Source of the DNA: an uncultured Candidatus Saccharibacteria bacterium
Lineage (GTDB): Bacteria; Patescibacteriota; Minisyncoccia; Phycocordibacterales; DATGWK01
Reading direction: 5' to 3'
Length of the DNA stretch: 40,652 nucleotides
Assembly (NCBI GenBank): GCA_964356815.1
Contig: CAYHIR010000006.1
Coordinates: 1 to 40,652, forward strand
The position numbers and the translations under genes are program-made. The notes below the pieces were generated by a model. That model made no database searches and was not told the DNA's origin. It was given only the letters and a program-made list of their open reading frames with translations. Shown in pieces: positions 25,499-34,758 of this stretch. The first letter of the stretch is position 1. Every line of letters starts with the position of its first letter.

Positions 25499-26491
25499 CT
25501 AAAACGACAAGCCCGTGCGCTCGTGTACGATCTCCATTTTTTTATTTGTGATTTCTCGGGCAACTTCCGCACCAGCAGACAAAATGGCGATCACCGCTTC
25601 TTTATCGGCGGCTACAGCTTCTCTTTTTTCTCTGAGCGGCTTCACAAAAGCTTCTATTTGATCAACTAAAATTTCTTTCGATTCTCTATAGCCGATTAAA
25701 CCTTCGCGATAACGCCGATCGAGCTCGACGAGTTGTGAATCGCTTGCAAAGAGCTTGTGGAGAGCAAAAACGTTGCAGGTAGCTGGATCTTTCGGCTCGT
25801 TTACACCTTTTGAATCGGTGGGAATTTTCATCACTGCTTCAGCGATTTCAGCTTTCGTGGCAAAAAGGCCAATCGTGTTGCCATAACTTTTACTCATTTT
25901 GCGACCATCGGTGCCAGGCACAGAGCCAACGGATTCCTGAATGAGCGGCTCTGGCAATACAAAAGTCTCACCAAATGTGCGATTGAATTTTTCAGCAATA
26001 TCGCGAGCAATTTCCAAATGTTGTTTTTGATCTTGGCCAACAGGCACCACATCAGCATCGTAAAGCAAAATATCTGTGGCCATGAGTACTGGATAATCGA
26101 AAAGGCCGACGTTCACCTCTCTGTCTTTGCTCTGCGCATCTTTGTAAGCGTGAGCGCGCATGAGATATGGCATGGTTGTGAGGCAATTGAAAATCCAGGT
26201 GAGCTCGGTGTGGGCAGGAATGTCTGACTGTTTAAATAGGGTAACTTTTTTAGGATCAACTCCAAGTGCCAAGAAATCTATGGCGACATTTAATGTTGAC
26301 TCGCGAAGTTCGGCGGCATTTTGGACAGACGTTAATGCGTGTAAATCGACAATGGAGATGAAACTTTTGTAATCTTTTTGCAGGTCAATAAACTGACGAA
26401 TGGCGCCGAAATAATTGCCGATATGCGGCCGGCCGGTGGGCTTTACGCCGGAAAGGAGGGTTTTCTCCCGATTTTCTTTATCTTTAGACAT
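25499..26491 (-). CDS. trpS: Tryptophan--tRNA ligase
   Basis: SGVKPTG, HIGN, YPVLMATDIL, VPVGQDQKQH, KMSKS; start placed at ATG 26491. Confidence 0.97.
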   Translation of the reverse strand: MSKDKENREKTLLSGVKPTGRPHIGNYFGAIRQFIDLQKDYKSFISIVDLHALTSVQNAAELRESTLNVAIDFLALGVDPKKVTLFKQSDIPAHTELTWIFNCLTTMPYLMRAHAYKDAQSKDREVNVGLFDYPVLMATDILLYDADVVPVGQDQKQHLEIARDIAEKFNRTFGETFVLPEPLIQESVGSVPGTDGRKMSKSYGNTIGLFATKAEIAEAVMKIPTDSKGVNEPKDPATCNVFALHKLFASDSQLVELDRRYREGLIGYRESKEILVDQIEAFVKPLREKREAVAADKEAVIAILSAGAEVAREITNKKMEIVHERTGLSF

Positions 26492-26525
26492 TGTGCCGTA
26501 AATAATAGCAAAAAATGGACAAAAT

Positions 26526-26558
26526 AAAAACGCCGGATGATTTTTTGCCGGCGTTTTT
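26526..26558. terminator. Intrinsic terminator, potentially bidirectional
   Basis: AAAAACGCCGG-11 nt-CCGGCGTTTTT. Confidence 0.75.
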
Positions 26559-26604
26559 CGTCTACCCCATACTCCCATGTTTCGTTTGTACCCTCTTCTG
26601 CACC

Positions 26605-26856
26605 CTAAGAAAACTTTGTTTTAGTTCGACTCGGTCGACGCGGATTTGGTTTCATCCGAGCCAAGATCAAACACTCGACCATGGAGTGGTCTGGGTTCTG
26701 GTCGAGGTCATCGTCGTTTTCACCGCCAAGGTCTCTGATGATGTCGACAAGCGCATCGTGCTTGGCGTTGAGCTTTCCCCATCGCTTGAGCAAGAATCCC
26801 CAGCCACCAGTCCTCCTTGACGACCCTTTTGCCTTTTTAGCTTCCAAGCCAGGCAT
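26605..26856 (-). CDS. Hypothetical protein (83 aa orphan)
   Basis: GGAAGGA 6 nt before ATG 26856, own promoter and downstream terminator; no recognisable family. Confidence 0.5.
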   Translation of the reverse strand: MPGLEAKKAKGSSRRTGGWGFLLKRWGKLNAKHDALVDIIRDLGGENDDDLDQNPDHSMVECLILARMKPNPRRPSRTKTKFS

Positions 26857-26929
26857 GATGAATCCTTCCATTAAAACAACAAATGTGCGTACTTAGAGTA
26901 AAAGCCATTCCCTTACCCTCTGGCGGAAA

Positions 26930-26958
26930 ATAGTACGCCTGTTTATTGGAATTGTAAA
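26930..26958 (-). promoter_or_regulatory. Putative sigma70 promoter of the 83 aa orphan
   Basis: TTTACA (26958-26953), 17 bp spacer, TACTAT (26935-26930). Confidence 0.55.
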
Positions 26959-26963
26959 TAGAC

Positions 26964-28052
26964 TTATAAACCTTCTTTCTGTAGCTCGGCAATAATTTTT
27001 TTAGATTCTTTTGAAAGTTTTTTAGGTAGGTCGATGATTACGCGGATCAAAATGTCGCCGCGCTGTTTTCTTTCATCAGGAATACCACGGCCACGGACGC
27101 GTAAGACTTCGCCAAAAGCCACATGCTCAGGAATTTTTAATTTAATATCGCCATCGAGAGTTTTGATGGTTTTTTCAGCGCCGAGTAAAGCCTCGGAAAG
27201 CTTGATATTCAAATTCGTTATTAGATTGCGACCATCTTTTTTGAAAACTGCATGTGGGCGGACATGGATTTTTATATAAAGATCCCCTGCTTGACCACCG
27301 GTAATTGCTTCGCCCATGCCAGTCATGCGTATCATTTCGCCGTTGTCTATTCCTGCAGGAATTTTTACCTTTATCTCCTGTTCTTTGCGGGTGATACCAG
27401 CGCCGTGGCAGGTAGAGCAACGCTTTTCTGGAGTTTTACCTTGGCCGGTGCAAATGTCGCATACTCGTTCTGTAGCAAATGAACCGAAGAATGTACCTTT
27501 GACTTCTTTTATTTTTCCACGGCCGTTGCATGTCTTGCAGGTAGCAAACTTTGTATCAGGAGCACCACCACTGCCCTTACATGTGTCGCAAGGACTTGTC
27601 TTATTTAGCAAAACGCTTCGCTCAATACCAAAAGCGGCATCTTCGAAAGAGAGTTCGATATCGATGGAGATATCTCGACCTCGGCGTGCGTGAGCTGTGC
27701 CACCACCACGGCCACCACCAGCGAAGAAATCGTTTATGATTTCGTTAAAATCGAATCCTTCAAAGCCACCAGCGCCACCGGCAAATTGTGAGAAGTCAAA
27801 ACCTCCTGCTTGGCCACCTTGCGCACCACCTTGACCCGCACCGGCCCAAGCATGGCCATATCTGTCGTACTCAGTGCGTTTTTGATCGTCTCCGAGAACG
27901 CTGTAGGCCTCACTCACTTCTTTAAACTTAGCTTCATCTCCACCCTTTTTATCTGGGTGATATTTATGCGCTAAATTTCTAAAAGCTTTTTTTACATCAT
28001 CCTTGGATGAATTTTTATCAACACCAAGAATTTTGTAATAATCTTTTGCCAT
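26964..28052 (-). CDS. dnaJ: Chaperone DnaJ
   Basis: J domain HPD, G/F-rich linker, four CxxCxGxG repeats. Confidence 0.97.
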   Translation of the reverse strand: MAKDYYKILGVDKNSSKDDVKKAFRNLAHKYHPDKKGGDEAKFKEVSEAYSVLGDDQKRTEYDRYGHAWAGAGQGGAQGGQAGGFDFSQFAGGAGGFEGFDFNEIINDFFAGGGRGGGTAHARRGRDISIDIELSFEDAAFGIERSVLLNKTSPCDTCKGSGGAPDTKFATCKTCNGRGKIKEVKGTFFGSFATERVCDICTGQGKTPEKRCSTCHGAGITRKEQEIKVKIPAGIDNGEMIRMTGMGEAITGGQAGDLYIKIHVRPHAVFKKDGRNLITNLNIKLSEALLGAEKTIKTLDGDIKLKIPEHVAFGEVLRVRGRGIPDERKQRGDILIRVIIDLPKKLSKESKKIIAELQKEGL

Positions 28053-28073
28053 TTTTTTATTTTTGTGCCAACC

Positions 28074-29978
28074 CTAAGCGTTGTTTGTGAAATCAGCGTC
28101 GCGAGACGGCTCTTTTGGCTCGTCTGTTTTTTTTTCATCACCAGCTTGTGCGTCAGAAGAGGGTTGCGATGTTTGACCAGCTTTAGAAATTATTTCACCG
28201 ATTTTTTGGAGCTCGCTCGAAAGTGCGGAGGTGGCCGCTGTGATTGATTCTTTATTATCGCCATCTTTTTCTTTCTTCAGAGCATCAACTTTTTCGGTAA
28301 TTGATTTTTTGGTATCTTCGGGAACTTTGTCGCCATGATCACGGAGGGATTTTTCGGCAGTGTAAATGAGTTGTTCGGCCAAATTACGCACTTCGATAAC
28401 CTCTTTTTTCTTGGCATCTTCGTCGGCGTGGAGTTCGGCATCTTTTTTCATGCGCTCAATGTCTTCTTTAGAAAGACCGGAGCTGGCTTCGATACGGATG
28501 GATTGTTCGCGGTTTGTGGCCTTGTCTTTAGCCTTTACACTTAGAATGCCGTTCGCATCTACATCGAAAGAAACTTCCACCTGTGGTAAGCCGCGTGGAG
28601 CCGGCGGAATACCATCAAGAATGAAACGGCCGAGGCTTTTGTTGTCACTTGCCATTGGGCGCTCGCCTTGAATAACATGAATCTCTACAGATGTTTGATT
28701 ATCAGCGGCGGTAGAAAATGTTTGAGAACGAGAGACCGGAATAGTCGTATTTTTTTCAACAAGCTTCGTGGCCACACCTCCCATTGTTTCGATGCCGAAA
28801 GAAAGTGGAATAACATCGAGCAAAAGAATATCTTTGACATCGCCAGTGATGATGCCACCCTGCACCGCCGCGCCGAGGGCTACGACTTCGTCTGGATTGA
28901 TGGATTTGTTCGGCTCTTTGCCGAAAAATTCCTTCACTTTTTCGATCATTTTTGGCATGCGTGTTTGACCACCCACCAAAATGACTTCGTTTATTTCGCC
29001 GACTTTAAAAGGCGACGCTTCCATGGCGCGTTTAGTGATCATCATTGCGCGGTCGATAAATTCTTCGGTGAGTTCTTCGAGCTTGGCGCGGCTCATTTTT
29101 AGAAGGAAATGTTTTGGGCCATCAGCACCAGAAGTGATGAATGGAATATTTATCTCAGTTTCAAGAGCTGTAGAGAGCTCAATTTTGGCTTTCTCCGCCG
29201 CTTCATCGAGGCGTTGAATAGCAAAAGCATCTTTTCGCAAATCAATCCCCTGCTCTTTTTGAAATTGCTCTGCTAGCCAATTAATAATTTTCTGATCGAT
29301 ATCTTTACCACCTAGATGACTGTCGCCGTCTGTAGATTTTACCTCGACGACATTGTCGCCCACTTCGAGGACAGAGATATCGAATGTGCCACCACCGAAA
29401 TCGAAGACGACTATCTTTTCGTTGTTCTTTTTATTTAAGCCATAGGCAAGAGCGGCGGCTGTCGGCTCGTTTATGATGCGCTTCACATCCAAGCCAGCGA
29501 TTTTTCCGGCGTCTTTCGTAGCTTTTCTTTGAGCATCGTTAAAATATGCTGGTACGGTGATGATAGCTTCGGTAATTTTCTCGCCGATTTTTGCTTCGGC
29601 ATCAGCTTTTAGCTTTTGGAGAATCATCGCTGAGATTTCTTCTGGACGGTACTGCTTGCCAGCGAGGGTGACCATCACGCCACCGTCTGTTCCCTTAGTC
29701 ATCTCATACGGTACAGATTTCTGATCTTGTTGAACGGCCGGATCGTCAAAATTGTGGCCGATGAAGCGTTTAATACCGAAAACAGTGTTTTTTGGATTGG
29801 TAACAGCTTGGCGTTTAGCCAAAAGGCCGACCAAACGCTCGTTGGTTTTTGAAATGGCGACTATAGAAGGAGTGGTGCGCGCACCCTCGGCGTTTTCAAG
29901 AATTTTTGGATTGCCGACTTCCATTATGGCGACGGCTGAATTTGTTGTTCCAAGATCAATGCCTATAATTTTTGACAT
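28074..29978 (-). CDS. dnaK: Chaperone DnaK (Hsp70)
   Basis: [32 protein letters not shown]. Confidence 0.99.
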   Translation of the reverse strand: MSKIIGIDLGTTNSAVAIMEVGNPKILENAEGARTTPSIVAISKTNERLVGLLAKRQAVTNPKNTVFGIKRFIGHNFDDPAVQQDQKSVPYEMTKGTDGGVMVTLAGKQYRPEEISAMILQKLKADAEAKIGEKITEAIITVPAYFNDAQRKATKDAGKIAGLDVKRIINEPTAAALAYGLNKKNNEKIVVFDFGGGTFDISVLEVGDNVVEVKSTDGDSHLGGKDIDQKIINWLAEQFQKEQGIDLRKDAFAIQRLDEAAEKAKIELSTALETEINIPFITSGADGPKHFLLKMSRAKLEELTEEFIDRAMMITKRAMEASPFKVGEINEVILVGGQTRMPKMIEKVKEFFGKEPNKSINPDEVVALGAAVQGGIITGDVKDILLLDVIPLSFGIETMGGVATKLVEKNTTIPVSRSQTFSTAADNQTSVEIHVIQGERPMASDNKSLGRFILDGIPPAPRGLPQVEVSFDVDANGILSVKAKDKATNREQSIRIEASSGLSKEDIERMKKDAELHADEDAKKKEVIEVRNLAEQLIYTAEKSLRDHGDKVPEDTKKSITEKVDALKKEKDGDNKESITAATSALSSELQKIGEIISKAGQTSQPSSDAQAGDEKKTDEPKEPSRDADFTNNA

Positions 29979-30052
29979 AAATTTTATTAATTGATCAAAT
30001 TATCTTATAAATTTTTCTAAATTCTTCTAAATTTCTCTTTGGAAAGCCTATT

Positions 30053-30670
30053 TTACACCTCAGAAACATATTCGCCAACTCTTACCCTTGCCGTTCGTAT
30101 AAGCTTGTCGTGCAGAGTGTAACCTTTCTGAATAACATCGAGTATTTTGTGGTCTTCGTCCTTCTTGCTCGTTTGGACATTAGCCACCGCTTCGTGTTTC
30201 GATGGGTCAAAAATTTCGCCGATTGGGTGCATAGATTTCAAACCTCTGGCCGTGAGAGTCGATGTCAGTTGGTTGTAAATGTTCCTCACACCCTTTTGCC
30301 ACTCTTCTGGTAAATTTTTCCACTCGACTTCCCTACCAAACGCTATATCGAAGCTGTCTAAAACCGGCAGAATGTCGCTTATAAGACCAGCCTCAGCAAA
30401 TTTAGCGAACAAACGTCGCTCCTCTTCATCATTTTTACGACTGTTTACATAATCAGCCCGAGTTTTTTGCCAGCCGTTTAGATATTCTTGTTTTTCCGAC
30501 TCAGCCTGCTTCAGGCGCTCGCGAAGCTTGACGATGGTGTTTTTAGCCTCTCCACCAAAAGCATTTTCTGATGCGTCAGCATCTTCCTCGACTGTCATTT
30601 CGTCGGTCTCTTCCATTTCATCAATATTCTCGTCACCCTGATTTTTTTTATTGATGTTTTGTTCTGACAT
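30053..30670 (-). CDS. grpE: Nucleotide exchange factor GrpE
   Basis: RADYVNSRK, LPVLDSF, FDPSKHEA, QKGYTL...RTARVRV. Confidence 0.95.
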   Translation of the reverse strand: MSEQNINKKNQGDENIDEMEETDEMTVEEDADASENAFGGEAKNTIVKLRERLKQAESEKQEYLNGWQKTRADYVNSRKNDEEERRLFAKFAEAGLISDILPVLDSFDIAFGREVEWKNLPEEWQKGVRNIYNQLTSTLTARGLKSMHPIGEIFDPSKHEAVANVQTSKKDEDHKILDVIQKGYTLHDKLIRTARVRVGEYVSEV

Positions 30671-30674
30671 ATTT

Positions 30675-31079
30675 TTAGCGCTTCGACCACTGAGGAGCCT
30701 TGCGGGCTTTCTTCAAGCCGAATTTACGTCGTTCTTTTGCTCGTTGATCTCGAGTAAGGAAACCGATTGGCTTCAGCTTGGCGCGTAATTCTGCGTCGTA
30801 AATAATGAGAGCGCGGGCGATACCCAAGCGAAGAGCTTCGGCTTGAGAATTGATGCCACCGCCTTGGATCATGGCTGTAATTTTAAAATGAAGGCCGATT
30901 TTTGGTTTTGAAAAAACTTCCTGAACGATGATTTGGAGCTTTTCTGTTGGAAAATATTCCACGAGGTCTCGATCGTTGTTTATTGTGAAGCTGGTTTTTG
31001 ACGCCTCAAACATACGTACGCGAGCAATAGCAGTTTTACGGCGGCCGACAGCTTCGATGTATCTTTTTTCTTCAGTCAT
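30675..31079 (-). CDS. rpsI: 30S ribosomal protein S9
   Basis: GRRKTAIARV, GGG..SQAEA, ERRKFGLKKARKAPQWSKR; start placed at ATG 31079. Confidence 0.97.
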   Translation of the reverse strand: MTEEKRYIEAVGRRKTAIARVRMFEASKTSFTINNDRDLVEYFPTEKLQIIVQEVFSKPKIGLHFKITAMIQGGGINSQAEALRLGIARALIIYDAELRAKLKPIGFLTRDQRAKERRKFGLKKARKAPQWSKR

Positions 31080-31083
31080 ATAT

Positions 31084-31437
31084 TTATTCGGTAACAACAA
31101 GATTTTTGATCATTCTAGACCGTAGCTTATTGGTCGGTAACATACCATAAATGGTTTTGCGCATCAATTCGCCGTAACCTTTTCTCTCGATAAGCTCATC
31201 CATTGATGTGGCATATAGGCCACCACGATAGCCAGAATGCTTCAAAAACTTTGTTTGAGAAACTTTTTTAGGATTGAAAGAGATTTTTGAAACATTTTCA
31301 ATATGAACACTGACATCAGGAACGGCATTTTTGCTCATATCTGGCAGACTTTTGCCAATAAGAAGGGCCGCCGCTTCGCTCGCGATTCGTCCTAACTTTT
31401 TATCTTTTGCATCGATTGTGTATTTTACTGTTTTCAT
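31084..31437 (-). CDS. rplM: 50S ribosomal protein L13 (short form)
   Basis: IDAKDKKLGRIAS, HSGYRGGL, GMLPTNKL. Confidence 0.93.
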   Translation of the reverse strand: MKTVKYTIDAKDKKLGRIASEAAALLIGKSLPDMSKNAVPDVSVHIENVSKISFNPKKVSQTKFLKHSGYRGGLYATSMDELIERKGYGELMRKTIYGMLPTNKLRSRMIKNLVVTE

Positions 31438-31461
31438 GTCGTTTTCGTGGTCAAAATTTCT

Positions 31462-31809
31462 TTATACCAGCTCGATTATCGCCATCGGGCTACCATCCCC
31501 AAGGCGGCGAGGAAGCTTCAAGATGCGAGTGTAACCACCACTTCGGCCCTTATATTTCTCTGCGAGGGTCGTAGACACCTTGCGAGCCGCTCTTTCGTTT
31601 GTCCGGCTAACGATAAGGCGTCGGCTAGCTAGTGTACCTTTTTTACCAAGGCTGATCAATTTTTCGACGGCTGGTCGAAGAGATTTGGCCTTAGCTTCAG
31701 TGGTGGTGATTTTTTCGCGTTCAATAAGCGAAGTGGCGAGAGTTTTCATTAGAGCCACTCTCTGGTTCTTTTCTCGGCCGAATTTTCTGTTTTTTCTAGC
31801 GTGATTCAT
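31462..31809 (-). CDS. rplQ: 50S ribosomal protein L17
   Basis: ITTTEAKAK, GRSGGYTRILK, RLGDGSPMAIIELV. Confidence 0.97.
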   Translation of the reverse strand: MNHARKNRKFGREKNQRVALMKTLATSLIEREKITTTEAKAKSLRPAVEKLISLGKKGTLASRRLIVSRTNERAARKVSTTLAEKYKGRSGGYTRILKLPRRLGDGSPMAIIELV

Positions 31810-31830
31810 GTCAGATAAATTATTGCTTGG

Positions 31831-32793
31831 TTATTTTAGTCCGATACCAAAATTGCCCAAAGCTTTTTTGATTTCGGTAATACCTTTGGCACCAAGACCT
31901 TCGATCTCTAGGATATCCTTCTCTTTCTTGCGAGCGAGGCCACCAACGGTGCGGATATTAGCGGCGGTTAGGGCGTTTTGAGTTCTTGGAGAAAGCTCGA
32001 GTGATTCGATGCGAGTCTTAAGAAATTCGGCATCGAGCTCTTTTGTCTCACCTACATCACCGGCCATTTTGGATTGATTGTCTTTAGAAATAATTTCCTC
32101 TTCTTTGAAGCCGATGATTGCCTTGAGTTGATTGATCATTATTTCGATGGATTTTTCAATAGCTTCACGGGCAGAAATTGTGCCGTCTGTAGCAATAGAG
32201 ATTCGAAGACGGTTGAAATCGGTGCGATCACCAACGCGCATGTTTTCCACTTCGTAGCTCACTTTTCTAATGGGCGTGAAAATGGCATCGAGAGTGATTG
32301 TGCCAATATCAACGCGATTTTTCTGCAAAGCCTCTTTGGCAACATAGCCCAAACCTCTTTCTATTGTGATTTCGGCATTAAGCTCGGCGCTTTTGTCTGT
32401 CACATGAGCGATAACTTGCTCAGGATTTAGAACTTTTACTTGACCGGGGAGCTTTATGTCGGCCGCAGTGAGAACGCCAGCGCCTTTAGCTTTTAGAGAG
32501 AGCACCTGTGGTTCTTCGGTGAGCATCATAAAGCGGACTTTTTTGAGATTTAAAAGGATGTTGATGACATCTTCAGTAATACCTGGGACGGTAGAAAATT
32601 CGTGGCTAACAGAAGGGATTTTTACAGAAGTGACAGCGGCGCCAGGAAGAGAAGAGAGAATGATGCGGCGAAGGGAGTTGCCCAAAGTCTGGCCATATCC
32701 AGGATAAAGTCCGTCTATTTCATAAACGCCAGAAAACTCATCTTCTTTGATGATCTTTGGCTTTGATGGCAAAACGATTGAATGATGAATCAT
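31831..32793 (-). CDS. rpoA: RNA polymerase subunit alpha
   Basis: GYGQTLGNSLRRIILSS, VENMRVG.RTDF, alpha-CTD ELSPRTQNAL. Confidence 0.98.
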   Translation of the reverse strand: MIHHSIVLPSKPKIIKEDEFSGVYEIDGLYPGYGQTLGNSLRRIILSSLPGAAVTSVKIPSVSHEFSTVPGITEDVINILLNLKKVRFMMLTEEPQVLSLKAKGAGVLTAADIKLPGQVKVLNPEQVIAHVTDKSAELNAEITIERGLGYVAKEALQKNRVDIGTITLDAIFTPIRKVSYEVENMRVGDRTDFNRLRISIATDGTISAREAIEKSIEIMINQLKAIIGFKEEEIISKDNQSKMAGDVGETKELDAEFLKTRIESLELSPRTQNALTAANIRTVGGLARKKEKDILEIEGLGAKGITEIKKALGNFGIGLK

Positions 32794-32822
32794 AAAATTT
32801 TTATTAATTAAAAGCTGGCAAA

Positions 32823-33449
32823 TTATCTATTATAAAACTCGACAACAGTATTAAGGTCGAACATTGTCTCCGACTTACTGATGTCTGGCAAACTCACCAC
32901 CGTACCCTCGCGCTTTGCTTCGTCTCGCTTAAGCCAAATCGGCGCTTCGCGATCTTTGAGTGCTTGATCGAGGTTCACAAAAATAGTTTTTGCCTTGCTA
33001 TTTTCGCGAATACCCACAACTTCGCCCAAGCTCACTTGATACGAGCGGATTGATACGCGTTTGCCATTTACATTTATGTGACCATGGGAGACAAGCTGCT
33101 TAGCGGCGGCGCGAGTGGGCGCAAAGCCAAGGCGATAGACAGTGTTGTCTAAGCGGCGCTCAAGAAGGCTAAAAAGAGTGGCGACGGTGTTTGTCTTATT
33201 GGCGATCGCTTTTTTGACGTAGTTTGAAAATTGACGTTCTGAAAGGATGTAGGTGAAACGAGCTTTCTGCTTTTCGATCATTTGTAGACCGAACTCAGAC
33301 TTTTGACGACCACCTTTTTTGCCTTTAGCACCAGCACCGACGGCGGAGCCTTTCTTCTCGCTTCGCATTGCAAACTTTTGAGTTTGAGTTTTCTCAAAAA
33401 TTGGAGCGCCAACTCTTCGGGCAATTTTGTATTTTGATTTGATAATCAT
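32823..33449 (-). CDS. rpsD: 30S ribosomal protein S4
   Basis: EKQKARFTY, LERRLDNTVYRLG, QLVSHGH, VVEFYNR. Confidence 0.97.
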   Translation of the reverse strand: MIIKSKYKIARRVGAPIFEKTQTQKFAMRSEKKGSAVGAGAKGKKGGRQKSEFGLQMIEKQKARFTYILSERQFSNYVKKAIANKTNTVATLFSLLERRLDNTVYRLGFAPTRAAAKQLVSHGHINVNGKRVSIRSYQVSLGEVVGIRENSKAKTIFVNLDQALKDREAPIWLKRDEAKREGTVVSLPDISKSETMFDLNTVVEFYNR

Positions 33450-33488
33450 TTTGGTTTTATAAAAATTTGATCGGTGGCCTTGCTTTTA

Positions 33489-33926
33489 TTAGACTCGGCG
33501 AGGTTTCTTAGGCTTCGGGCCATTATGAGGCACCGGAGTCTCGTCTGTTACGGAAAGAAGGCCAATACCTTTAGAAATAAAGCCGCGAACAGCAGCTTCG
33601 CGACCAGAGCCAACACCTTTAATAACGACAGTGATTTCCTTAATGCCAATAGCTTGAGCCTTTGTGGCGAGAGTCTCCCCCACCTTAGCCGCCGCGAAAG
33701 GCGTGCCCTTCTTTGCGCCACGAAAACCAAGAGAACCGCTAGAAGACCAGGCTAAAGTAGCGCCTTTCATATCTGTAAGGGCGAGCTTTGTATTATTGTA
33801 TGTAGACTCAACGCAAAGTCGGCCAACTTCAATGCGCTTCTTTGATGAGGTTGAAGGAGCCTTGGCAACTGAATCGCCAGACTTAGCTTCACCCCCTTCA
33901 TTTTTTACAATTCTTTTCTTTCCCAT
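33489..33926 (-). CDS. rpsK: 30S ribosomal protein S11
   Basis: STYNNT, GFRGAKKGTPFAA, TPVPHNG..PKKPRRV. Confidence 0.97.
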   Translation of the reverse strand: MGKKRIVKNEGGEAKSGDSVAKAPSTSSKKRIEVGRLCVESTYNNTKLALTDMKGATLAWSSSGSLGFRGAKKGTPFAAAKVGETLATKAQAIGIKEITVVIKGVGSGREAAVRGFISKGIGLLSVTDETPVPHNGPKPKKPRRV

Positions 33927-33931
33927 ATATT

Positions 33932-34312
33932 TTATTTCTTATCAACAGTACGCTTACCGCTTCCCATCGTCTTGCGAACATTGCCACGACGAGTACGGGA
34001 ATTGGTTTTTGTGCGCTGACCACGAGACGGTAGGCCGCGAGCATGGCGGAGGCCGCGGTAGGCTTTAATGTCTTTCAGGCGTTTGATATTTCCAGCCACT
34101 TCGCGCTTTAGATCGCCCTCAATCTTCATGGCTTCGACGATCTTTCTGATAGCGTTTTCTTCGTCGGCAGTTAGATCTTTAGATTTTTTTCCGAAATCGA
34201 CTTTTGCATCGGCCAAGATTTTCTTAGCGAGAGGGCGGCCAATACCATAAAGAGTCGTGAGGCCAACCTCAAGTCGTTTTTGTTCTGGGATAGTAATACC
34301 TAATATACGCAT
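33932..34312 (-). CDS. rpsM: 30S ribosomal protein S13
   Basis: [30 protein letters not shown]. Confidence 0.97.
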   Translation of the reverse strand: MRILGITIPEQKRLEVGLTTLYGIGRPLAKKILADAKVDFGKKSKDLTADEENAIRKIVEAMKIEGDLKREVAGNIKRLKDIKAYRGLRHARGLPSRGQRTKTNSRTRRGNVRKTMGSGKRTVDKK

Positions 34313-34340
34313 ATATTTTTTAGTCTTCTATTATGAAAAT

Positions 34341-34457
34341 TTAGCCTTGGCGTTGCTTATGGCGAGGATTGGCTTTGCAGACAATGTAAACATAGCCCTT
34401 ACGACGGACTACTTGGCATGAAGCACACAATTTTTTGACTGACGATTTTACGCGCAT
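34341..34457 (-). CDS. rpmJ: 50S ribosomal protein L36 (absent from the ORF track)
   Basis: Manual translation [38 protein letters not shown]; zinc-binding C+ form; between infA and rpsM. Confidence 0.96.
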   Translation of the reverse strand: MRVKSSVKKLCASCQVVRRKGYVYIVCKANPRHKQRQG

Positions 34458-34469
34458 TTTTTAGGCGTT

Positions 34470-34691
34470 TTATAAACGTTTTGTAATCCGACCCTTGCCA
34501 CCATACGGCTCGAGCTCCACCTCTACCCTATCTCCAAGCAAAACTCTGATCCTATGAAGCCGCATTTTGCCAGCTAGATAGCACAAAGTGTCGGTCTCTT
34601 GGCCACTAAGTCTTACCCTGAATAATGTGTTGGGCAGCGTTTCTGTGACGACTCCTATTATCTTTTCAATCGGCTGTTTATTCACTGTCAT
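34470..34691 (-). CDS. infA: Translation initiation factor IF-1
   Basis: GVVTETLPNTLFRV, AGKMRLHRIRVLLGDRV. Confidence 0.96.
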   Translation of the reverse strand: MTVNKQPIEKIIGVVTETLPNTLFRVRLSGQETDTLCYLAGKMRLHRIRVLLGDRVEVELEPYGGKGRITKRL

Positions 34692-34713
34692 CGCTTTAAA
34701 CGCAATGGCTCAC

Positions 34714-34743
34714 ATACTAACAGAAAAGGCATTATAGAGTCAA
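34714..34743 (-). promoter_or_regulatory. Putative promoter of the infA-alpha operon
   Basis: TTGACT (34743-34738), 18 bp spacer, TGt-TAGTAT (34719-34714). Confidence 0.45.
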
Positions 34744-34758
34744 CTACCTATGGCCCGC

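Noticed and set aside
26492-26604. T-box leader upstream of trpS
   Set aside because: A terminator is present but there is no GGUGGNACC T-box or stem I; a -10-like TATTAT lies downstream of the terminator, which better belongs to the upstream orphan
27700-27850. CCACCA/GCC repeats in dnaJ
   Set aside because: Explained by the Gly/Phe-rich linker codons
30008-30040. Short ~10 bp tandem repeat (TAAATTYTTC) between grpE and dnaK
   Set aside because: Low-complexity AT-rich spacer with about three degenerate units; no spacers, not CRISPR
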